A stretch of DNA of 64,000 nt, taken from assembly GCA_963775425.1 (NCBI GenBank), contig CAVZJB010000003.1, positions 128,001 to 192,000 on the forward strand, read 5' to 3'. The first letter of the stretch is position 1; the number at the start of each line of letters is the position of its first letter. Positions 56,875 through 64,000 of this stretch are shown here, piece by piece. A program made the position numbers and the translations under genes. The notes under the pieces were generated by a model, which saw only the letters and a program-made list of their open reading frames with translations, was not told where the DNA came from and ran no database searches. The stretch comes from an uncultured delta proteobacterium. Its GTDB lineage: Bacteria > Myxococcota > UBA727 > VGSZ01.

Positions 56875-58056
56875 TCAGACCGGGTCCTTGCCGGCGAGCC
56901 AGGGGACGAGCTCGGCGAGGCGGCGGGCGTCGTGGACGGCGTCGGGCAGGCGGGGGACGCGGACGACGGGGGCGTCGCCGGACTCCTCGAGGAGCCGCGC
57001 GACGTACACGCGGTCGAGCGCCGCGAGCTTCTCCTGCTGGCGGGTGGCCTCGTCGAGCACGCCGGCGAGGTGCGCGGCGTCGGACGCCGTGACGGCGGGT
57101 CCCTCGAGGCGGCGCTCCCAGCCGCGCGTGGCGAGCAGCTCGAGGGCCTGCCCTGGCGACGGCGTCACGCGGTTGATCACCAGGGCCCCGAGGCGCAGCG
57201 CGCGCCGCTCGAGCTCGTCGAGGAAGAAGCGCGCCTCGGACAGCGCCGCCGGCTGCGGCGACGTGACGACGAGGAAGCGGGTCTCGTCGCCGCTCAAGAG
57301 CGTCTGGAAGTCGCGCGTGCGCTGCGTGAGCGGATCGTAGAGGTCGCGCAACAGCACGATGAACTCGCCGAGCTCGTCGAGGACCTCGGCGCCGGCGAAG
57401 CGCGCGAGCACGCTCTGGGCGCGCCCGGCGGCGCCGTCGAGGAAGCGCAGCCCGAGGATGTGCTTTTTGTGGGCGAAGAAGCGGAACGCGTCGTTGTCGA
57501 GGACGGCGAGGATGCGGCTCGGCGCCTCCAGGAAGTCGAGCGCGCTCGACGTGGGCGGCGTGTCGAGCACCACGAGGTCCCACTCGCCCGACGAGGCCAG
57601 GTGGTGGAGGCATTCGCAGGCGATGAACTCGTGCGCGCCGGGCATGTCGCGCGACAGCGTCTCGTAGAAGCGGTTGTCGAGGATGCGGCGGGCGGCGGCC
57701 TCGTCGGGGGCCGTGCGGAACAGCATGTCGTCCCACGCGGCCTTGAGGTCGAGCATCATCGCGCTGAGCTCGCCACGCAGCGTGACGCCGGCGGCCGCGG
57801 TGACGGCGGCGTCGATGCGCTGCGGCTTGTGCGCGAGCGCGTCCAGGCCGAGGGCGTTCGCCAGGCGGCGCGCGGGATCGATGGTGATGACCAGGGTGCG
57901 CCGGCCGAGCATGGCGCCGAGGAGCCCGAGCGTGGCCGCGGTGGTGGTCTTGCCGACGCCGCCGCTGCCGACGCACACGAGCACGCGGCGCTCGCGCGCC
58001 AAAGAGCGCACCACGCGGCGTCCCTCGTCGAGCTCGGGGGCGTCGAGGACGTTCAC
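56875..58056 (-). CDS. Get3/ArsA-like ATPase, subunit B (deviant Walker A without signature Lys)
   Basis: GSGGVGKTT, TIDPARRLANALG, LDTPP. Confidence 0.9.
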   Translation of the reverse strand: MNVLDAPELDEGRRVVRSLARERRVLVCVGSGGVGKTTTAATLGLLGAMLGRRTLVITIDPARRLANALGLDALAHKPQRIDAAVTAAAGVTLRGELSAMMLDLKAAWDDMLFRTAPDEAAARRILDNRFYETLSRDMPGAHEFIACECLHHLASSGEWDLVVLDTPPTSSALDFLEAPSRILAVLDNDAFRFFAHKKHILGLRFLDGAAGRAQSVLARFAGAEVLDELGEFIVLLRDLYDPLTQRTRDFQTLLSGDETRFLVVTSPQPAALSEARFFLDELERRALRLGALVINRVTPSPGQALELLATRGWERRLEGPAVTASDAAHLAGVLDEATRQQEKLAALDRVYVARLLEESGDAPVVRVPRLPDAVHDARRLAELVPWLAGKDPV

Positions 58057-59078
58057 CCTTCTTTGCCCCCCGCCGGCGCCTCGCGCGCCGACGCGGACGG
58101 CGCGCGCTTCGCCGGCTCGCGCGCGGCCTGGGCGATGAGGGAGGCGAAGCGGTCGACGTCGGCGCGGCCGAGCGGACCCGCGAGCACCATGGGCAGCTCC
58201 ACCACGGGCATGCCGAGCGTCTCGATGCGCGCGCGCATGTCACGCTCGAGCGCCTCGCGCTGGCGGCGGCGCTCGGCGACGTCGAGGAGCGCGCGCACCT
58301 GGTCGTCGGCGTGGCCGTCGCGCGCGGTGACCTCGCGCAGGGCGCGCTCGGCGGGCGCGTCGAACAGGCGCTGCAGCCGCTGGTTCAAGAACACGGCGCC
58401 GAGCGGCGCGGCGGCCGAGTCTCTCACCTGCTGCACGAGGTCGCGCGCCTCGTTGACCGGGAGCTCCTCGGGGAGCGCCACGACGTGCAGCGCGGTGCGC
58501 GTCGGGTCGGCGACGACGTCGGCCATCTGACGCGTCTTTTCGGCCATCGGCCCGACGCGGCTCGCGTCGCGGACGATCTGGGCGACGCGGAGGAACTTGA
58601 TGCCGTGGCCGGTGGAAGGGCAGTCGACCACGATGCGGTCGAAGCGCGGCCGGCCGGCGTCGTCCTTCTCCTCGGCGTGAAACCGAATCTTCCCCTGAAT
58701 TGTGAGCTCGGTGAGCGAGGGGACGAAGCGCAGGAACACCTTGGTGAGGCGGTTTTCGAAGACGGTCTTGTAGAGCGCCTCGAACTTCAGCGTCATCAAC
58801 GCGTATTCCTTCATGGACGCGGCGGCGGTGGCGTCGACGACGTGGAAGCCGCGCCCCACTTCGGTCACGAGCTCGCGCATCTCAGCGCCGATGGGCGCCG
58901 TGCCCAGGAGGCGGCTGTGGCTGTCGGGCGCGTTCACCTGAACGAGCAGCACGCGGAGCTTCTGCGCGTGGAAGTGCCGCGCGAGCGCGCAGGCGACGAC
59001 GCTCTTGCCCACGCCGCCCTTGCCGCAGACGTAGTGCAGTTGGCGCGCAAGGAAATCCACCGTGGCGACCTTACTCAC
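58053..59078 (-). CDS. Get3/ArsA-like ATPase, subunit A
   Basis: GKGGVGKS, VDCPSTGH, LPEELPVNE; GTGA overlaps at both ends. Confidence 0.88.
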   Translation of the reverse strand: MSKVATVDFLARQLHYVCGKGGVGKSVVACALARHFHAQKLRVLLVQVNAPDSHSRLLGTAPIGAEMRELVTEVGRGFHVVDATAAASMKEYALMTLKFEALYKTVFENRLTKVFLRFVPSLTELTIQGKIRFHAEEKDDAGRPRFDRIVVDCPSTGHGIKFLRVAQIVRDASRVGPMAEKTRQMADVVADPTRTALHVVALPEELPVNEARDLVQQVRDSAAAPLGAVFLNQRLQRLFDAPAERALREVTARDGHADDQVRALLDVAERRRQREALERDMRARIETLGMPVVELPMVLAGPLGRADVDRFASLIAQAAREPAKRAPSASAREAPAGGKEG

Positions 59079-59884
59079 GAGGGCGTGGTCAGGGAAGCGA
59101 CGACGAGGTCCACCACGCGCGGGTGGACGAGGAGCTCCGCGTGCCCGAAGCCGCTGAGCGCGTGCTCCGCGGCGCCCTCCACGCGGCACGTCTCCTGCGG
59201 ATAGACGACCGCGTCGTGCGCCGACGAGATGGTCGTGAGCCTCGCGTGCGGAAGGAGCTGCCGCAGCGTGGGGAGCCCCGAGATGAACGGGGCGCCGATG
59301 AAGAGCTGCCGCGCCTCCGGGAGCGGGATGTGCCGCGCGGCGGCCGTGCCCGTATGCGGGCTCGCGACGGTGACGACGTGCCGGATGCGTTCGCCGAGAT
59401 CGGGGCGCATGCCGAGGGCGGCGCGCAGCACCACGCCGCCCATGGAGTGGCACACCACGTCGACGCCGTCGGGGTGCGCACAGAGCGCCCGCTCGAGCGC
59501 GCCGACGAGGCGCAGGGCGTGCTTCTCGATGGGGAGGAACATGCCGCCGAGGCTCGGCGCGGACGTCGGCCGCCCGAGCGTGGCCACCGCGCGACGGTAG
59601 CCCCACATGCTCGTGCCGTCGGCGGCGAGGCCGTGGACGAAGACGACGGGGAGGCCCTCGCCGGCGCCGGTCCTGTGTCCGCGCCGCACGAGGGTCCAGG
59701 CGAGGATGACGAGCTGCGCCCACGCCTCGCGCAGGATGAGACCGGCGCTCGCGGCGGCGGCGCTCGGCACGAGAAACGCGCGGCGCGCGTAGGCGCCGAC
59801 GACGCCGACGACGAGCGCGACGAAGAGCGCGACGAAGAGCGCGACCGGCGCGGCCAGGGTGAGGAGGATCGCCGTGGCATTCAT
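59075..59884 (-). CDS. Membrane-anchored alpha/beta hydrolase (lipase/esterase)
   Basis: PVVFVHG, CHSMGG nucleophile elbow, SPHTGT, D.VV, GH. Confidence 0.88.
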   Translation of the reverse strand: MNATAILLTLAAPVALFVALFVALVVGVVGAYARRAFLVPSAAAASAGLILREAWAQLVILAWTLVRRGHRTGAGEGLPVVFVHGLAADGTSMWGYRRAVATLGRPTSAPSLGGMFLPIEKHALRLVGALERALCAHPDGVDVVCHSMGGVVLRAALGMRPDLGERIRHVVTVASPHTGTAAARHIPLPEARQLFIGAPFISGLPTLRQLLPHARLTTISSAHDAVVYPQETCRVEGAAEHALSGFGHAELLVHPRVVDLVVASLTTPS

Positions 59885-59911
59885 GGCCGCTTCTCGGCTA
59901 CGTTTCGCGCC

Positions 59912-60214
59912 ATGGCGGACAAACACGACAGCGCGGTCAAGACCATCCTCGGCCTCGGCGAGGAGAAGATGGGCGAGGTGGTGAACCAGCTCCTCGCCAA
60001 CGAGGCCTTCGTGTCTGCAGTGCAAAAGGCCATCACGGGCAGCATCGGCGCCAAGCGGAGCGTGGACAAGGGCGTGGCCACGGTGCTTGGCATGATCAAC
60101 GTGCCGACTCTCGAAGACATCGACAAGATCCGCGACAAGATGAACAATCTCGAGGACACCATCGGCGAGATCGGCGACCGCCTCGAGAAGCTCAACGCCA
60201 AGCTGTCGAAGTAG
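59912..60214 (+). CDS. Phasin-like / PHA granule-associated coiled-coil protein
   Basis: LGMINVPT.EDI..I..K...LE pattern seen in PhaF/PhaE-tail-like granule proteins. Confidence 0.6.
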   Translation: MADKHDSAVKTILGLGEEKMGEVVNQLLANEAFVSAVQKAITGSIGAKRSVDKGVATVLGMINVPTLEDIDKIRDKMNNLEDTIGEIGDRLEKLNAKLSK

Positions 60215-60325
60215 CGCTCTCCAGGCCGGGCGCTCTCCAAGCCGGGCGCTCTCCAGGCCGGGCGCTCTCCAGGCGGGGCGCTCTCCAGGCGGGGCGCTGT
60301 CCAAGCCGGGCGCTCTCCAGGCAGG
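60214..60325. repeat. 16-bp tandem repeat GCGCTCTCCAGGCCGG x7
   Basis: Seven near-identical copies with no spacers, between convergent genes. Confidence 0.92.
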
Positions 60326-60365
60326 GCGGCTCGCGGAGCAGGGCGGGGCTCGTCCCCCGCGTCCA

Positions 60366-61046
60366 TCACGGCTTCTTGCGGGACTCGACCTCGTGGATCC
60401 GCGCCTCGAGGGCCTCGATGCGCGCCTTGAGCGCGTCGATGTCGGGGCGGTGCATCGCGGGGGTCATCTTGCCGAGGGTCTCGCGCACGCGCTCGTCGAT
60501 GCGCTTCTGCCAGGTCTCGAACGCCTCGGTGGTGGAGTGCACGAACTCCTTGACCACGCCGTCCTTCTCCGCGTCCGCCTCGGCCTGCGCCTGGGCGTCG
60601 CTCGGCGTGGCGGCCGCGTCGTCGGCCTTGGCGTCCTTGGGATCGCGCTTGAGCAGCGAGTCCACGCGGCGCTCGACGTCGTCGCGCAGGCGCTTCACGG
60701 GGTCCGCCACCCGGTCCGAGTAGAACTCGCCGATGGCCCCGCGCCACTCGGTGAGGTCAGGGCCGCTCTGGATGATGCTCCGCAGGAGCTTCAGCGGCAT
60801 CTTTTGGACCTTCTTCTCCTCCTCGACGATGATCTGCGCGAGCGTGACGGCGGTGAGGTCGTCCTTGGTCTTGTTGTCGACGACCTTGACGTCGTCGCCC
60901 TCCTTGATCATCTGCGAGATCTCATCGAGCGTGACGTAACAGGAGCGCTCCGTGTCATAGAGCTTCCGGTTCGCGTAGCGCTTGATGACCTTGGCCTTCT
61001 TCGCGCCTTGGCCGGCCGAGCTCTCGGGGGTGCTGGTGGTCGTCAT
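60366..61046 (-). CDS. phaR: PHA synthesis regulator PhaR-like DNA-binding protein
   Basis: VIKRYANRKLYDTERSCYVTL...DLT..TLAQII.E.E (PHB_acc_N); C-terminal coiled coil. Confidence 0.85.
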   Translation of the reverse strand: MTTTSTPESSAGQGAKKAKVIKRYANRKLYDTERSCYVTLDEISQMIKEGDDVKVVDNKTKDDLTAVTLAQIIVEEEKKVQKMPLKLLRSIIQSGPDLTEWRGAIGEFYSDRVADPVKRLRDDVERRVDSLLKRDPKDAKADDAAATPSDAQAQAEADAEKDGVVKEFVHSTTEAFETWQKRIDERVRETLGKMTPAMHRPDIDALKARIEALEARIHEVESRKKP

Positions 61047-61217
61047 GGGTTTTGCCGCTCTGCGTTAAGGGTGTGACGAAAGGTCCGCCGTTGTCAACGC
61101 AACGCGGCAGCAGCGACGCCGTGGCACGCCTCGGCCGCGGGTTTGCTCCCGCCGTACGCGCCAACATAGACTGCGCGTCGTCGACGGCGCAGCGCGTCGG
61201 CGAGCGGAACACCACGC

Positions 61218-63287
61218 GTGATCATCACCTGCGAGCAATGCAAGACCCGGTTCAAGGTCGGCGACGACAAGCTCGCGAAGGGACCGATCCGGGTGCGCTG
61301 CTCCAAGTGCAACCACGTCTTCACGGCGTCCAGCAGCGCGACCCCGTCCCCGGCGCCGGTCGCGGGCTTCGGCGCGCCGTCGGCGTCGCTGCCGCCGCAG
61401 CCCACCGGCGCGTTCACGGCGCCCAACAACCGCAGCGGCATCTTTCGGCCGCCCGCGTCGTCGCTGCCGCCCACCGCGGTGAACCCCGCGCTCGGCAGCA
61501 CCACGCAGGCGTCGGCGACGTCGACGCTGCCGCAGTTCCCGGGGCTGTCGCCGGCGCCGTCGCAGCCGCCGTCGGCAGCGCTGCCCTCGACGACGGTGAC
61601 GCAGCGCCCCCCGGTCACCAACCCCGGCGATCCGTTTCGCGGCCTCGACCCGTTCGGGCGCCGTCAGACACCGGGCCTCACCCCCGTGCGCGCGCCCACG
61701 CCGGACCCGTTCGCCCCGACGCCCACGCCGTCCTCCAACCCGTTCAGCGCGCCGACGGCGCCGCAGACGCCGCGGGCGAAGGGCGATCCGTTCGGCATGG
61801 CGAGCACGCCGGCGCCGCGCGCGGATCCCTTCGCCGGCCTCGCGGAAAACGGCGCGTCCCGGCCGCCGACACAGCCACCTGCGCCGTCGCCGTTCGGCGC
61901 CCCCGCGCGGTCGCCGACGCAGCCGCCGTCTCCCTTCGGCGCGCCCGTGGCTCCCTTTGACGGCGGCGCGCCGTCGGGCTTCGGGGGGTCGTCGCCGCCC
62001 GGCTTCGGGGGGTCGTCGCCGCCGGGCTTCGGCCCGCCGTCGTCGTCGCCGCAAGGCTTCGGGTCGTCGCCGCCCGGCTTCGGGTCGTCGCCGCCGGGCT
62101 TCGGGACGCCCGCGCCGTCGGCGTCTCCTTTCGGCGCGCCGTCGCCGGCGTCTCCCTTCGGCGCGCCGTCGCCGGCGCCTCCCTTCGGCGCCCCGTCGCC
62201 TGCGCCGGCGCCCTTCGGCAACAACGGCGATCCGTTCGGGGGCGTCGCGCCCGCGCCCGCGCGCCCCGCGGATCCCTTCGACGGCCTCGGCCGCCCGCCC
62301 ACCCAGGATCCGTTCGCCGGCGTCGGCGCGTCGCCTCCCGCGCCCGCCTCGCCCAATCCGTTCTCGCTCACCGGCGAGCCCGAGAGCGACCCCTTCGCGA
62401 GCACCGAGCCGATGAGCGCGAGCGCGCTGTTCGGCAAACCGTCGGCGCCGTCCCCGTCGTCGCCACCGTTTCAGGCGGAGGGCTTCGACGCCGCGGCCGC
62501 GCCGCCGCCCGCGGACGGCATGATCCAGCCGCCGCCGCCGCCGCCGGACGGGGCCGATCCTTTCTCCGGGCTCGACGCCGAGCCCGCCGACGCGCAGTCG
62601 TTGTTCGAGCCGCCGCCGCCGCCCGCCGAGGCCCGGCCGCGGCCGAGCACGCCGCCCGCGACGTTGCCGCCCGCCGCCGCCACCCAGACACGCATCAACG
62701 CGCCCACCACGGGCGCCGACATGCAGAAGCTCCAGCGGCTCCAGGCGTCGCAGCGCGCGAAGGAGATCGCGTGGGCTGCGGCGCAGGGGCTGTTGCTGCT
62801 GGTCTTCCTCGTCGTCGCCGTCGTCGTCGGCCGCGGCGGGTCCCTCGAGGATCTCGCGCGCGGGGACCTGCGCGCCGCGCTCGGCGGCCCGCGCGTCGGC
62901 GGTGCGCTCGGCGTCGAGGACGCCCACGTGTCTCGTCGCAAATTGCCGTCGGGTGTCGACGTCGTCGTCGTCACCGGCGTCGTCGCCAACACCACCGATC
63001 AGAAGATCCCCGCGGCGCTCGTGAACGTGCGCTTCGGCCGCGGGCCGTGGCGATCGGGGTGGGCGTGGAGCTCCATCGACGGCATCGACGTCGACGGCCT
63101 CAAGGACATGCCGGACGCGGTGGCGCTCTCGCTGCGCGGGCCGCGATCGCCGTCTTTGGCGCCCGGCGATCGCGCGCCGTTCGTCATCGTCGCGCCCGCG
63201 CCCCCCGAGGGCACCAAGGCGAGCTTCGCCGTGCAGGCGGCGCCGGCGCGCCCCGCCGGCGACGACGCCAAGGGCGGCAAGCCCTGA
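61218..63287 (+). CDS. MJ0042-type zinc-ribbon, Pro-rich, single-TM protein with DUF3426-like C-terminus
   Basis: MIITCEQCKTRF...VRCSKCNHVF; many DPF/PFG/PGFG repeats; TM; VVTGVVAN...L.PG...PF. Confidence 0.8.
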   Translation: MIITCEQCKTRFKVGDDKLAKGPIRVRCSKCNHVFTASSSATPSPAPVAGFGAPSASLPPQPTGAFTAPNNRSGIFRPPASSLPPTAVNPALGSTTQASATSTLPQFPGLSPAPSQPPSAALPSTTVTQRPPVTNPGDPFRGLDPFGRRQTPGLTPVRAPTPDPFAPTPTPSSNPFSAPTAPQTPRAKGDPFGMASTPAPRADPFAGLAENGASRPPTQPPAPSPFGAPARSPTQPPSPFGAPVAPFDGGAPSGFGGSSPPGFGGSSPPGFGPPSSSPQGFGSSPPGFGSSPPGFGTPAPSASPFGAPSPASPFGAPSPAPPFGAPSPAPAPFGNNGDPFGGVAPAPARPADPFDGLGRPPTQDPFAGVGASPPAPASPNPFSLTGEPESDPFASTEPMSASALFGKPSAPSPSSPPFQAEGFDAAAAPPPADGMIQPPPPPPDGADPFSGLDAEPADAQSLFEPPPPPAEARPRPSTPPATLPPAAATQTRINAPTTGADMQKLQRLQASQRAKEIAWAAAQGLLLLVFLVVAVVVGRGGSLEDLARGDLRAALGGPRVGGALGVEDAHVSRRKLPSGVDVVVVTGVVANTTDQKIPAALVNVRFGRGPWRSGWAWSSIDGIDVDGLKDMPDAVALSLRGPRSPSLAPGDRAPFVIVAPAPPEGTKASFAVQAAPARPAGDDAKGGKP

Positions 63288-64000
63288 GCGACGCCGAGCT
63301 CTTCGGGCTTGCGGCTCCGCTCGTCGTGGATCGCCTCGGGCGTGGGCTGGCCGCGGTGCCGGCGGGGCCGCTGCGCGTGGTCTATCTCGAGGAGCGCTTG
63401 AAGAACGCGCCGGCGTTGCCGCTCGTGCGCGCGCTCGCCTGCGCGCAACGCGAGGCCGTGCTCGGCTCCGCGCCGGCGCGCGTCCTCGTGGAGACGTTCG
63501 GCCTCGTCGTTGAGAACAACCGCCTCGACGGCACGCTCAGGAGCGCCCTCGTCACCGGCGCGCTCATGGTGGGGGAGCAGGCGGTGGTGCCGCTCGTCGA
63601 GCGGCCGGCGGCCAACGACGGCGACAGCAGCGCGCGCGACGAGAAGGCCAAGCGCGGCAGCCTCGCGCACGACGGCGAGACCCTCGGGCGGCGCAAGTCG
63701 CTCGCGCGCACCGCCACCGGCGACACGCTCCTCAAGATCCTCGACGACCCGCACCCCGACGTCATCAAGAACGCGCTCATGAACCCGAAGCTCAAGGAGG
63801 AGCACGCCGTGCGCGTGGCCGCGCGGCGCCCGGTTCCTCCCGCGGTGCTCGACGTCGTCGGCAACAGCCGCTTCTCGAACCGGCAGGCGGTGCGGCGCGC
63901 GCTGGCGTTGAACCCCGACTGCCCGACCAAGCTCGCGTGCCGCCTCGTCGCCACGATGACCGCCGCCGACCTCGAGGAGGTCGTCGCCGCCAGCGGCGTC
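63284..64000 (+). CDS. Partial conserved hypothetical protein with LRV/HEAT-like repeats (runs off window)
   Basis: Open frame not in the ORF track: TLGRRKSLAR...LDDPHPDVIKNALMNP...AARRP...VRRALALNP. Start uncertain (CTG 63284 or GTG 63326). Confidence 0.7.
   Translation, partial: MSDAELFGLAAPLVVDRLGRGLAAVPAGPLRVVYLEERLKNAPALPLVRALACAQREAVLGSAPARVLVETFGLVVENNRLDGTLRSALVTGALMVGEQAVVPLVERPAANDGDSSARDEKAKRGSLAHDGETLGRRKSLARTATGDTLLKILDDPHPDVIKNALMNPKLKEEHAVRVAARRPVPPAVLDVVGNSRFSNRQAVRRALALNPDCPTKLACRLVATMTAADLEEVVAASGV

Noticed and set aside
56875-59078. Arsenic resistance ArsA pump
   Set aside because: No arsB/acr3/arsC/arsR/arsD nearby; the motif pattern fits the paired Get3-like clade.
60214-60325. 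Possible CRISPR array or iteron origin
   Set aside because: No spacers, no cas or rep gene, no AT-rich unwinding region.
61122-61137. TGGCAC as a sigma54 promoter for the zinc-ribbon gene
   Set aside because: No GC at the required -12 position (GG-N10-GC spacing fails).

Overview
Very GC-rich, gene-dense bacterial chromosome segment. Gene content (tandem RdgC-like pair, MJ0042 zinc-ribbon/Pro-rich protein, tandem Get3/ArsA-like ATPases, Gly-Glu repeat lipoproteins, c-type cytochrome/Tat-protein operon) points to an uncultured Myxococcota/Deltaproteobacteria-like organism (inference). About 60 real CDSs; most other ORFs in the track are GC-rich shadow frames. Recognisable genes include hutU, hutI, a four-gene type IV minor-pilin cluster, a sphingosine-1-phosphate lyase-like gene coupled to an M81 (MlrC-like) hydrolase, a dispersed prkA/yeaH/spoVR set, carboxypeptidase M32, a TreS-like GH13 with an odd N-terminus, apbE, mltG, ruvX and phaR. 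I saw no rRNA, tRNA, CRISPR array or intact mobile element. Non-coding signals: three short tandem-repeat arrays, two palindromic operators on sigma70-like promoters, one clear sigma54 promoter with a structured leader, an IS5-like remnant, a nucleotidyltransferase pseudogene and a recurring leaderless (TANNNT-N6/7-start) pattern. Best candidates for an undescribed system: (i) the Get3-like ATPase pair + lipase + phasin-like + PhaR cluster, (ii) the operator-controlled S1P lyase/M81 operon, (iii) the cytochrome c/GE-lipoprotein/Tat operon, (iv) the HTTM/partner/membrane spermidine-synthase-like trio. All family assignments are from motif recognition by eye, not from database searches.
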